64,000 bases of DNA from positions 124,001 through 188,000 of the forward strand of contig JAQGDQ010000214.1 in assembly GCA_030141605.1 (NCBI GenBank). Direction: 5' to 3'. The translations under genes and the position numbers were made by a program. The first letter of the stretch is position 1, and every line of letters begins with the position of its first letter. This DNA comes from Tubiluchus corallicola. Lineage: Eukaryota; Animalia; Priapulida. Below, piece after piece: positions 28,301-41,009 of this stretch. A model generated the notes under the pieces. The model worked only from the letters and a program-made list of their open reading frames with translations. It searched no databases and was not told the origin of the DNA.

Positions 28301-31300
28301 ACTCCCTACTCAAGAGCCCGCCGGGGTAATAATAGAAGGTGAAACGGTTTTTGTACCAAATCAGTCCAACGACACCCTTGCTCGACCGATTTACGAAACT
28401 GTTCCGGATGAGACAGGCACAAATGAAGCTGTTAGTGGAATAGATAACAAAGCGTTTTCTTCGAAAGAAAAGACATCTGTGCCAGAATTCACTTCTGAAG
28501 AGATAACTGTGCCTTTAAAAATGGAAAAAGAACCAAGTAAGTTCATATATCATTTACAAGGAAAAACCTGTTGGGGCGAAAAGAGAAAAAAGAAAAGGAG
28601 GATAAGAGAAAGAAGAGATGGATGAAAGGGAGAGTACAAAGAGGAGAACTTTTTTCTTTTCTTTCTTTTTTCTTTCTTTCTTTATAACATGCAGTGAATG
28701 AATAAAGAAAAAAGCCATAAGAAATAGCTACTTTTAAATAATTGTTTCTCTGTACACATTCCTCATAATCGCATGTTCATAAATCATATATTTAAATCAA
28801 AGGAAATAATATCGCAAATTCTCATAGTAATGGTTGCTTTTATCTAGTCTATTTCTCTAATACACTGATATTTTACAAATTCCTATGATACCATCTTACA
28901 AAAACCAAATGGTTTTAGTATAATTTTTATAGATATCGGGATAAGACTGCTGATATGCTTTTCTCTCTACACCAACGGCATGAAGCTTTTATCAACTGAA
29001 ACAAGTGGTAGCACATTGAGATGTATTCATGGCATTCGTTTCTTTAGTATGTCGTGGGTGATTCTTGGTCACACCTACTTTTTTGTATCATTCTGGATGG
29101 GTACGTATGAAACTGAATATACGCATACAGTTTTATTGTACAAGAGTAAGCGAAATAACTATGCAACTAGAATTTCTTTATTCCTGCTCTTTTATGTCTG
29201 TTTATGTCGACTGAATATACTCGCAACTAGAGGCATACCGTATGCAGCCAGTTGAGTGATGTGCGTGTAGTTGAGTTGAGTGATGTGCATGTAGTTGAGT
29301 TGAGTGATGTGCATGTAGTTGAGTTGAGTGATGTGCATGTAGTTGAGTTGAGTGATGTGCATGTAGTTGAGTTGAGTGATGTGTATGTAGTTGAGTTGAG
29401 TGATGTGCATGTAGTTGAGTTGAGTGATGTGCATGTAGTTGAGTTGAGTGATGTGCATGTAGTTGAGTTGAGTGATGTGCATGTAGTTGAGCTGAGTGAT
29501 GTGCGTGTAGTTGAACTGAGTGATGTGCATGTAGTTGAGTTAAGTGATGTGCATGTAGTTGAGTTGAGTGATGTGCATGTAGTTGAGCTGAGTGATGTGC
29601 ATGTAGTTGAGTTGAGTGATGTGCATGTAGTTGAGTTGAGTGATGTGCATGTAGTTGAGCTGAGTGATGTGCATGTAGTTGAGCTGAGTGATGTGCATGT
29701 AGTTGAGTTAAGTGATGTGCATGTAGTTGAGTTGAGTGATGTGCATGTAGTTGAGCTGAGTGATGTGCATGTAGTTGAGTTAAGTGATGTGCATGTAGTT
29801 GAGTTGAGTGATGTGCATGTAGTTGAGTTGAGTGATGTGCGTGTAGTTGAGTTAAGTGATGTGCATGTAGTGTGCATCTAGTTGAGTTGAGTGATGTGCG
29901 TGTAGTTGAGTTAAGTGATGTGCATGTAGTTGAGTTGAGTGATGTGCATATAATTGAGTTGAGTGATGTGCGTGTAGTTGAGTTGAGTGATGTGCGTGTA
30001 GTTGAGTTGAGTGATGTGCATCTAGTTGAGTTGAGTGATGTGCATGTAGTTGAGTTGAGTGATGTGCATGTAGTTGAGTTGAGTGATGTGCATGTAGTTG
30101 AGTTGAGTGATGTGTATGTTGTTGAGTTAAGTGATGTGCATGTAGTTGAGTTGAGTGATGTGCATGTAGTTGAGTTGAGTGATGTGTATGTTGTTGAGTT
30201 AAGTGATGTGCATGTAGTTGAGTTGAGTGATGTGTATGTAGTTGAGTTGAGTGATGTGCATGTAGTTGAGTTGAGTGATGTGCATGTAGTTGAGTTGAGT
30301 GATGTGCATGTAGTTGAGTTGAGTGATGTGCATGTAGTTGAGTTGAGTGATGTGTATGTAGTTGAGTTGAGTGATGTGTATGTAGTTGAGTTGAGTGATG
30401 TGCGTGTAGTTGAGTTGAGTGATGTGCATGTAGTTGAGTTGAGTGATGTGCGTGTAGTTGAGTTGAGTGATGTGCATGTAGTTGAGTTGAGTGATGTGCT
30501 TGTAGTTGAGTTGAGTGATGTGCATGTAGTTGAGTTGAGTGATAAGGCGTCCATGTAGAAAAATTGTCATTTTTAATACTTTCCTAATAGTGTAATGTAA
30601 ATAATCCTCCCCGGGGAAAAAATTATGGACCTTAATCATTATATAAATTTCTGAAACGTTTTATAAGCAAGTTTATGGTGCGTGTATTATTGATGTATTG
30701 ACTGTGTTGTACATACTCTTATATCATGATACAGTGCAGAATTATCGGTCTCAAATAGAGGCCTTGCGTATGTATACATTGTGCAAATAAAGATTTAGCA
30801 TCATCGTCATAAGCCTGCCTTTATGGTACCTCTTTTGCCTCGCAGACTTTTCTGCTTTCTGTGCAAGTTCAATTATCCCATAGATCCTGCGCCTTTGTTA
30901 AGTCAATTTTCTTATATTTGAATAGGGTCTTTAGAAAGCTAAGTGATGAACCACTGATACTATTAATCGAACGTTAATTCAACAATTTAATGAAATGATA
31001 ATTGATGTACTATGAAAGTTATACTGCTACTGATACGTTAGGTTAGTCACCTACCAAATGCGACTCCCACGTACAAGACTATGCTTAGCATACACAAGAT
31101 ACGTCTAATATATCTATTTTATTATTTGTTCTGCCTACATACACATCGCCCAGCTAAAGTATGTAAACTTAAACTGTCACAGAAGCAAACAAACGTCAGT
31201 AACAAAAACTGCTGTAGTTACTGGTTTATATTATTGGCAATAAAAATTGTTATGGCTTTGCAGTTAATCTTTGCAGTAGTAAAGTGTAGCAGTAGTAGAA

Positions 31301-34300
31301 GTAATAATAATACGACGATGGTGATGATGGTGGTGATGATGACGACGATGCGACGACAACAATACCACAACAGCAAAACAATAACAACAACAGCAACCGC
31401 AGTTGCAGCAGCAACAACAACAACAACAACAGCAACCGCAGCAGCAGCAGCAAAAACAACAGCAACAACAGTAATGGCAACAACAATAATAGCTCTTTTT
31501 TGTTTCTTTTAGACAACAAATTTACTTTGTACATTGATTTCCCCAAGGAATTTTTGTTTCACACAATTCTGAATGGAGGTTTCTCTGTTGACACGTTTTT
31601 TGTTTTAAGGTATAACCTCGTTTAATTTATTGTGTTATAACTTAAGAGAATTTGTGTTCAGTGATGTATTATCTTTCATAAGTTTTTTTGCAGATTGGGC
31701 TCTTTAAGATGTTTTATACTTTTTACTCCGTGGTTTTCCATAGCACTGAGTTCATTTATTAAAGTTGTAACAGATTCTAAGAGTTATCCTAATGGCGTTA
31801 CTCGATTCTCTTCAATGAAGATTGGGGAAAAAATGAACATTTTATCATTGTAAAATACTCTTTTTTTCATTTAAAAATAGTCATTTGAATAGCCTTTCTA
31901 TACAGTAACATATAAGTCTATTAAAAAGCTTCTTCAAGTATTTATATACATGTACTTGTAATATATTCTCACAATTACAAACTGAAATTTAGTTGCCAAA
32001 CAAGTAAATTGATCCATCAATGTGGATCGCACTATTTTAATATAAAGGATATGTCATTTATTATGCTGGGATTATTTTACTACTAACACTTAAACTTAGA
32101 AATATTTAACAAAGATTCAAAGGATTCTCTATAAAGCATAAAGTTAGTTTACAGTACCGCCGAAAAGACATTTGTTTCAGACAACGAATGACGAATAAAT
32201 GGAAGAATGAGCTTCAAAGTCGGCTGCGCCCAAATGTGAAATGATCGTGAAATTAAAAGGAATTTAGTAGTTATAAGAGCCGCTTATCGCAAATATTAAA
32301 GTAAGCCCAAGTCTATTTTAAGGGCTTAGCCTTCCCGTTAAAGAATTTCAACTGCCTACGTTTTCATTATTACGCTTTCATTATGATTCATTTCTGATGC
32401 GAATATTTTCTCATTTCCCTTTTCAGTGGACTTCTTGTTACATATTTATTTATGAAGCAAACGTCAGGAAGTGGCAAACCAAAATCATGCAAAGCTTGGA
32501 CACAGTTTTGGTTCATGTTTTATTTTCACCGTTTTTGGAGGTATCTTAGTTATGGGATTTGTGACATTATCATTTAGCAGTTGGCTCTTGATTGTGGTAT
32601 TTCCATAATTGACATAATACAGTTACAATCCATTCCTTTCCAATATGACTTTCCAATGTGCGCTGTATATATGTCAACTCTAATGTTTATTTATTATTTT
32701 TATTGAAATCTATTTACAATTATTAAAATTACCAGATAAAATCAAATAAAAAATAATAATAATGCGGATGACAATGTCTACACACTAATAATACATAATA
32801 ATTGTCCACAGCATGTATGCTTTATGCAATTCTGTACCGTAATCCATTAATTACAGAAAAACTACCTTTAATGAACAGGCACAACGCGTTAATGCCAGCT
32901 TCAAACAATTGTCTTATAGATGAAAGTACTAAATTATAACCAGAGCTATGTTTCGTTCTAGCACATGCTGCAAATGGACAGTGACAAACGTGCTCTTCGC
33001 TTTGAACACTTACTTTACCTCACGGGCATACTCCTGTCTCTAGGGATACACCTAGCCCACCGACCTACATGGCTACAGAATATTATAGCTATCATTATTG
33101 CCATGCAAATATTTTACATTTTCAACTGCTCACCTGGGTCTAAAATTTAACAGCCCTAAAAGTTTTTCCCAAGGCCAATTCCTGGGGCGAATTTTTCTGA
33201 AATATTAGTTCTACTAAATAAAATACTCAATCAGAAAAGAGAACACAGATGCATTTATTTCGCTTTTTTCAAAAAATTTGTTCTACCTGTTGCTCAATCA
33301 ACTTAAATTACTGTGTATCTTTCTTGTAATATTTGTCATGTTTTTATTCCTTTGTACATATATAGACCTAGTAAATATATTTAAACTAACTGTAACAAAA
33401 AACTTACTGTGAAAATGTTGCTTATTATGCTGTACATAGAATTATTGTGCAAAGTGTAATAATATTCGTCCGCACTATCGCAAGATGAGTGTGCTAGTCA
33501 CCGACTTCCACAGCTTGGAAAACTTTACACTTTCATATTAATGCAAGAAACAATCAAAAAAGGTATCTGATTTTTTCTGTTATTATATATGTATTTATCA
33601 TTTCAGACTGACCCCAGTATACATGCTACTTATGGGGTACTACACGATGTTATACCCACATCTGGGTCAAGGTGCAATGTGGTATACAGAGTATATAGAT
33701 TATGTTTACTGTGAGACTGACTGGTGGAAAAATTTTCTGTATATCAACAATTTGTGGGACCTTAACAAATCTCCAATGGTAACGAATATCTACAGTTAGA
33801 AAATTTATTTATAGGAATAGATGTAATAGGTGCCAAACTAACGTAATTAGTTTGTTAATACTTGCTTTAGTTTTAACACTTCTTTACTTCTTTCATCTTT
33901 CATATAAAATTATTGAGATGTGGACAAATGATAAAGCTGATGAGGGTTAGGCAAAAGCCAATTCAGCGCATTGTGTAGCATGAATAGATGGTTCTTGTCA
34001 ACAAAAAGACGAGAAAAGTTTTACCGGATCTTTTGACCGCCTCGTTTACATAAAAGAAGTGCTGCTTCGTCGTTGCTAAGTGCCCAACCTGCTGCTCTGC
34101 TTACTAGACGATTTGTAGAGTCTTGTTTTAGCATAGTAATTCTTATCCTAGCAATACAAATTTTAGTGAAAATAGTGAAACAGACAAGTGTTGAAGTAGG
34201 CAGTGTTATTTATACAATAGCGTGTCCCTAACATCAACACTATAGCCTGTGAAATATAATATAATATTAATTGAATTATATGCGATTCTGGTGTAACAAT

Positions 34301-37300
34301 GATGATTAGGCGTACGTATCTGTCTTGGAAATATCTGCGCAGCAAGTTTTTTACTTTCTATTTTAGTGTATGGGATGGACATGGTATTTATCCACTGATA
34401 TGCAGATGTACTGGATCGCCCCTCTTGTTTTATACGCTTTGTACAAGTAAGGAGTGTTAATAATAACTCTGATAAATATAGTGCCAATCCAACAAATGTC
34501 GATAAACAGTTCTATTAGCAAACTATTTTTAAACATAGTCAGTTTGCTCTTTGTATTTTTTCTACAGATCAAAGTACTTTGGATTTGCAGGGATAGAGAT
34601 TCTTATTCTCCTGCACATTGTTACCAGTGCTGTACTTGTGTCACAGAATGACGTCGCTCCGTAAGTACTTTTTGTAAATCACTAATCGCTAAATTGGTGC
34701 AACTATCAACAATAATTTCATACTCTATAAATATAGTAAGCAAAGACTAAACAAACCCTCTAGCGAGCGCAAATAAAAAAGCACTGACGAACAGATGCAC
34801 AGATAATCTGTTAAAGCAAAACCGCACCCAATCTTAAACTGTAGCTCAAAGCAATCTACTCTTTAAAATATTGAAAGGAAACATGACATGCTATTTTTTT
34901 TAAAAATGACTTACGTGAAAGAATTATTACCACACAAACACAATTTCGCGTTCGCGACACTAGTTCTTCGCTGTTACATTATTCCGCTATTCGCTAGTTA
35001 GACGGGCACTAGCGTCCGCATTTCGGAAACGTTATTCAAAAAAACAGATGTTGTACCTTTCAGTTCAGATGTGTTAGTTGTGACGAACGACACACGTTCA
35101 GCAGCTCCTGCGTGAACACAGCGGTAAATTTGAAATTTGAATTTTTATCTTAAAACTTGCCTAGTTTTAGTACAACACACTGAATATCTTACAGTAGCAC
35201 TGTACTTCAAGTTTCGCTTTCGCGAACATGCGCAACACGCTCGTGGAATGTTTTTGATTCTGAAATTTATGTTATTTTGTGATATCATAAATGGTTGGCC
35301 TCGCCCGCGGTTAATTAAGTTTTTAATCATTAAGTTATTATTTAATTATCAGAAACGTTTTTGCAGTATTAATTGTGTTAAATGTATACTTTTTGTCGGA
35401 CTTGAAAATGGGGTAGTATATGAAAAATCGTCCTCTTTTCCTTTAAACAAAATAGCAAACAAAAATAAGTAGGCGGGTTGTGAACGAAAAATTAAAAAAC
35501 GAATAAACAAACACACAAAGGAAAAATAAAAATATCAAACAAACAAACAAAACTGTTTACTTTGTTTTCGCAAATAATATAACTTGTATCTGTTTCAGGT
35601 CAGACAGTGACGCAAAAATCTACTTCAAACCATGGTGTCGAGTTGGTGCGTACGCCGTGGGCATGGCAGCTGGATACGCACTGTTTAAAACTAACATGAG
35701 ATACAAATATAAAAAGGTAGGACTAGAATTTCCTTTGGTAGGTTTTGTAGTAAAACGTACTTTTAACGATACAATTTTGATGTTTAATTGACTTTTATCA
35801 ATTTGTATTGTACTCTGAGTAATTACGTATGCCATCGTGCGTTTCAGTTTTGATAACTAATATGTCAAGCAGATATGTTGAAATTATATGTATATAATGA
35901 AAAACAGGCACATTTCATTCATTTACTGTAATGTGAGACCAAAAAGAACACTAATTTCGCGAGTTGGCCTTTTTTCTAGGTTTGTTAATGTCCATTTTAC
36001 AGCTGCTTAATTGTGGTGCTGATATATTGATTGTCGCATCTGTGGTAGTTAAATACTTGGTTACCAATCACGTTTTCCTTGAGACATGAATATAATTGTC
36101 TAAGATGCGAAAATTAATTATTATGACTATTTATTTGTATTCATATACAGTAATCAACTTATGCACATGGATTAGTCAATAAATATAGCCTAAATAAATA
36201 CGGTTAGTTAAAAAATATAAATATAATATATAATACACGAAAATGTGTGTATAACACGAAATTAGTTTCAAAATAAGTGTCATAATTATATGTACTTATA
36301 TTACATACGTATATAATATATGAAAACTATCTATAACATAATAATACGGTTAGTTAAAAAATATAAATATAATATATAATACACGAAAATGTGTGTATAA
36401 CACGAAATTAGTTTCAAAATAAGTGTCATAATTATATGTACTTATATTACATACGTATATAATATATGAAAACTATCTATAACATAATAATTTGTATCAA
36501 AGTGTAATGTGGGGCGGATCTCACAATCAAGTATGAGCAATCAGCGCTCTTATTGTTTGGTAGCGTGTGTCATACTACTCAGTTTTTACTCAATATATTC
36601 CTTGAACACAAAACGTGAAACTAATTTTATGCAGTTTTTATGATAAGATAACCCTTTAATATTCACAAATGTTGAAAATATAAATTAGTTCAAACCAAGT
36701 GACAGCAGTTAATGTACCCGGGTACCAGTTCAATAAACGTGTTGCTACACAACTCAAAATTTACAGGCTGGAAATACTTTCAGATGCTACAAACAATACT
36801 CAAAAATTACTTTTGGCTAACGAAAGAAAATCTAATAGTTCACCAATACTTGTTAATAGTAAGTCTATAAAGTAAGGCTTCATCCACACGAGGTTGTAAT
36901 GTAAGCTATCAGCACTTCCAACTGAGCCTTAGTTTTACCAGCCACTGCAGTCCAAGTAAGTATCGTTGTACAAAAGGAAGCAACAGGCGGTGGCCTAGTA
37001 GTTAAACAAAAGAAACGAGAATTTATCACTTACAGTCTCAGCATCAATGAAAGCTTAGGTCAGCAATACTTATCGGCGGCAGCACAACGACGAAGGTGGC
37101 GGATCCACAACATCGGTGTGCACACCCGGGTGTTTAGAGCATAGCTGAACTGCGAAGTCATAAGCAGATGGGAGTCGTTCCCGGAAGCGTCCTGCGTTGG
37201 TAGACCGGTAGTTTGGTTATCATGTCAGATGTCACAATGTAACTCGATGTAAACAAATGGTGAACTGGGCTTGATACTAGAACTGCCCAAACAAATAGTC

Positions 37301-39872
37301 ACTAACACGTAGTTGGAACTTTCACTAAACATTAGCATTAGGTACAGCCAGCTAAAGTTGCACGACTTATATGCAAAGAGGCACAACATATGTTAAAATA
37401 AACTGTCCAGCATCATATCTGCCCGCAAGTCTCTCTTGCAAAGAGCCACGTCGTTCTCTACACCTCTCTGTGCAAAAACCTCTAAAGTCGGTTGTCTAAT
37501 AGTCTGGCTTCAATAACACTATAGCAGGATAACCTGTATTTGCATATCCGTTCGACGAGTTTACCCTAGATTTGACCTATGCGCATAACTAAAGTGTAAC
37601 ACCTGGTTTGTACATTGAACAGCTATAAACAACAATTTTATACAGCCCGAACTAAATTACATATACTACCGTGAAGTTTACATTGGCCAAAAAAACATAT
37701 CTCATTCTACAACGAAGTTAAGTTAGTAATAACTAAATCTAGTTACAAATACAGAGATATATGCTAAGCTGGTCGTTACATCAATCAAGCAAAGTACAAT
37801 TACTTACAACAAAATATGAATTAAAATAGGAATTAGCTCTTGTTTTTTTTTAGAAAGTTGTTATTTATTTTGAAAGCTTTTATGGTATCTGTGATAAGTG
37901 AACATATTACAGCTTCTCGTTGATCTAGGATGTAAGATTTCTCAGTGACACAATATACTAAATGTTTCAAATCATGACAGTTTAGCTTATTATTATTATT
38001 ACACCACCAATGAATAAAAAGATCAACTTTTAAAGCATCTCCTGTCTTTTGCAGTAAAGTAATAGTTCCCTGCTGCCTTTCCCTTTTGCACTTTACCAAA
38101 AAAGTAACAACAATACTTTCGTATTTGCAGTGGCAAATTGTGCTCAGCTGGTTGCTAGCAGCATTTCTGTGTTTAGCACCTCTTTATGGTTTGTATGGAT
38201 ATTGGCAAGATATCTATGAAGGTATCGCAATGTCCACAGCAAGAAGTGCTGCCTACGTATCACTTTCAAGAATCAGTTGGTCAGTTGGAATTGCTATATT
38301 AGTGTTCAACTGCGTCAATGGCTACGGGGGTGAGTAAATGCAAATTTTATAATTTTCAGATGATGCTTCTGATTTATAAACACTACTTTGCTCAAGCATA
38401 AATATTGTTGTAAGAGATACAAGCAGAAATTTTTCCTTTCATGGGCACATGAAATTGATTAGTTAGTATACTAATTTATTTTGTTCTTTTTCTTGTACAG
38501 GCATTATTAACATGTTTTTGTCTTGGAAAGCTCTGATCCCACTGAGTCGTCTAACTTATTGCGCCTACTTAATACATCCTATTGTACAATATGCATATTT
38601 TCAAAGCAGACCTAGACCTACGTATATCAGCCACTCAACGTTGGTAAGTAGTAACTCTTCTTTTCACTCAAAAAGGTCATCTCGTCAGTCCATCATTGCA
38701 CGGGCTTACTGTGCACCATTAAAGGAAAGAACAAGTCACTCAGTACGTTCGTTTTATGTTACTGTTATCACTTAAATTTAGGAAGATGTAACAAAGAAAT
38801 TTGCGCAGAACTGCCTATAAAGCATAAAGTTAATTTATACTACCTCTAAATATGAATTTTCAGGCGTGGTGGTTGCTTTAACTTGAAAGTCATGACGTAA
38901 CTGGGAGACTTCGTGACTTTTCGTAAGCGCGTTGTGACTTTTCGTAAGCACGCTCTGCTTAAACTAATTCAGACTTCTGAAGCCTTACCTAACGCTCAGG
39001 CAGAAATATTAAAGAATTAGCTATTTTTGTAAAAAACTTATTTTACTTTTGGTGAAGCTTGACACTGTGCTAATTTTCTTCAAAACGAATGACGTCATTG
39101 CAAGAAGAATGGGCTTTGAAAATGGGAGTGTCCAAGAGTGAAGTGATCGGAACTTTAAAGTGATTTTACTCGTTACACGAGGCACTTGTTGCTGTTTTAT
39201 TACTAGATCCTTCTAACACTGAAATAAGCCTAACCTCCTAGATGGCTTGGCATTTCCTTTAACTGTTAAACATCGATTCAACTGGTGATGGCAAAATTCT
39301 CGTATAGACGTCATAATTTTATCTTCTCTGCCTTTAAGCACTCAGTATTCGTCTTCCGCGTCTGGTTACAAAACTAGCAACTTAAATCAAATGCAGTAAA
39401 ATTACAAAGAAAGTATCATTTGAAAGCGAGAAATATCGAACTTGGCTTTTTTAATGAACAATGCTCTTACAATGATGCTGCAGGCCTAAGGAAAATTGCT
39501 TTTAAGCTGTCATATTGGAAAATTAAACTTTTGTAAACAATTTTCTGAAAGGATGAAAATATTTTTTGCTAACCCAGAATTAGGGTTTCTTTGTACTTGT
39601 ACTTTTGCTACTGGATTTCTCACTATTAAAGTTTAGGAGAAAATGTTTTCAATATGAAACTGCATATATGAAACTGCAATTTTCTCAAAATTATCTGAGC
39701 CGACAAAAATAAATATTATTTATGTTGTTTTTTCTAGGTGATGTATTTCTTTGGTTTCATGGTAATGACATTTATGTGGTCACTAGTCGCATCTTTGGCA
39801 TTTGAGGCACCTATGCTCGGTCTTGAAAAAATTGTTTTTAAAAAAGGAAAGCCTAGAAGCTCTCAAAAGTAA
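22394..39872 (+). CDS. NRF-6-like / O-acyltransferase-like protein, paralogue 2; 14 exons, ~798 aa
   Basis: Exons: 22394-22697, 24631-24867, 26353-26443, 28091-28536, 28933-29100, 31513-31609, 32427-32540, 33607-33778, 34367-34446, 34568-34660, 35599-35716, 38131-38329, 38501-38643, 39738-39872 (2397 nt incl. TAA). Signal peptide MKVILLFLVFSLLLL; WALEYLDSWGKPPAGILQG, GDYDQC, YGVCAPDSCS; IHGIRFFSMSWVILGH, SVDTFFVLSG, HRFWRLTP, WTWYLSTDMQ, YFKPWCR, LSRLTYCAYLIHP, FEAPMLGLEK. Confidence 0.93.
25249..26050. mobile_element. Non-autonomous PIF/Harbinger-like element with subterminal repeats
   Basis: TAA|GACCAATTTCACTGTGA...TCACTGTGAAATGGGCC|TAA; multiple AATTCCTCACGAGGAATT-type palindromic motifs in the right arm. 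Confidence 0.7.
29250..30543. repeat. 24-bp minisatellite (GTAGTTGAGTTGAGTGATGTGCAT)n, about 54 copies
   Basis: Highly homogeneous tandem array in intron 5 of paralogue 2, one partial unit near 29870. Confidence 0.97.
31290..31490. repeat. Compound trinucleotide repeat (AGT/AAT/GAT/CAA/CAG)
   Basis: Direct reading; ends just before the acceptor at 31512. Confidence 0.9.
32046..32337 (+). mobile_element. Kolobok-like MITE, family A, degenerate internally deleted copy
   Basis: Shares TAAAGCATAAAGTTA, AATGACGAATA, AAATGATCG and a GGCTT..CCTTCCC end with family A. Confidence 0.55.
34815..35442 (-). mobile_element. Kolobok-like MITE, family B copy 4 (inverted, near full length)
   Basis: TTAA|AGCAAAACC...TTTTCCT|TTAA; reverse complement colinear with 7563-8178. 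Confidence 0.8.
36197..36488. repeat. 146-bp tandem duplication (2 copies, apparently identical)
   Basis: AATACGGTTAGTTAAAAAATAT...CTATCTATAACAT begins at 36197 and again at 36343. Confidence 0.9.
38723..39258 (+). mobile_element. Kolobok-like MITE, family A copy 2
   Basis: TTAA|AGGAAAG...GGCTTGGCATTTCCT|TTAA; homologous to 1558-2109. Confidence 0.8.
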
Positions 39873-40258
39873 AGTTTTAACAAAAGGACTTCATTTTCGT
39901 TTGATTTATTGCTACACAATTGAGTAAAATGACTCAAGCATATCCTATTATGTATTGGCAAAAAATGTCGTCGTACTCTTTATAAATATTGGAATTTGAG
40001 CCTACAGTTTTTCTTACCCTTACAGTCCTAATGTACTTATTTATTGTAGAAAAAATATTAAAATTGTTCTTAAACTTGTTTTAAATAATCATGTTAAACA
40101 TTTTTTAACAAAAACTAATGCAAAAATTGCATTACTGCATTACTATTGTGTTCCATTATTTTTACTGCAAAAATTATTTTGTGACATTTGTTTACGTATG
40201 ATTGTCAGCATATGTGTAAAATTACATAGTACAGCAGTACGACACAGTCTAGCTTTTG

Positions 40259-40807
40259 AGGAAAGCCGGACGATTGTGTAAACATTAGTTCAGAATAAAG
40301 AATGCTCTAAAATATTGAAAACTATAATAGATTTTTTTAAAATCAAAGCTTATATTAAATAATAATTACCCCGGATATTCAAATTTCGTTAATGTTTCAA
40401 AGCTACGCGCGGCTCAGTGAATCTACTAAGATTGGCAACGGCGCCTATTTGTTACATGCGCGTGGCCGGCAAACAGAAGGCAGTACCGTGATAACCATGA
40501 TCATGAACTGCAGTGTTAGTTTCTGACGTTATATAACGTAGAGCCCATTGTCGTGATATCACGCGTTTAAGCAGTGCTGTAACACTTACGTAAACGTGCT
40601 TGCCGCGCAAGGGAGGATGCCTGCCATTGCACAAACTGTGGTTAGCTTCTGACGTAAGCAATAGCTGTGTTCGGTTGCCGTTAATTAACTTTCTAAGCTA
40701 ATTATTCAAATATAAGAAACAATTGCTAACTTTTATATGCAAAAAAATGTATATTTTGGACAATAAATTAAAATGAGATTGAGTCTAAATAATCGTCCGA
40801 ATTTCCT
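40259..40807 (-). mobile_element. Kolobok-like MITE, family C copy 3 (inverted)
   Basis: AGGAAAGCCGGACGATTG...AATCGTCCGAATTTCCT; reverse complement colinear with 62835-63378. Confidence 0.85.
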
Positions 40808-41009
40808 TTAGCTCTGTATAATTTAAACAAAATTGTCTGTCATCTACATTCAATAGGCGTCCACTAGGTCCTACACAGACCTTATAAATAAACCAATATT
40901 TCAGTACTTTCTTGGGCTTTTGGAGTGACCAAGGAGTAACGAACATGATAAAATTAATGTTATTTCAGTGTGCTATATTATATGTGGCTTGGGTATAGAA
41001 AGTTACGTA

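Noticed and set aside
29250-30543. Possible CRISPR array
   Set aside because: Head-to-tail repeats with no unique spacers, no cas genes, eukaryotic context.
29192-30639. Long ORFs of 112-450 aa (TSLNSTTC, VVELSDVH, HHSTQLHA, HITQLNYM repeats)
   Set aside because: Translations of the stop-free 24-bp minisatellite within an intron; no independent evidence of coding.
31081-31546. Poly-Thr/Ala and poly-Leu ORFs
   Set aside because: Trinucleotide repeat in an intron.
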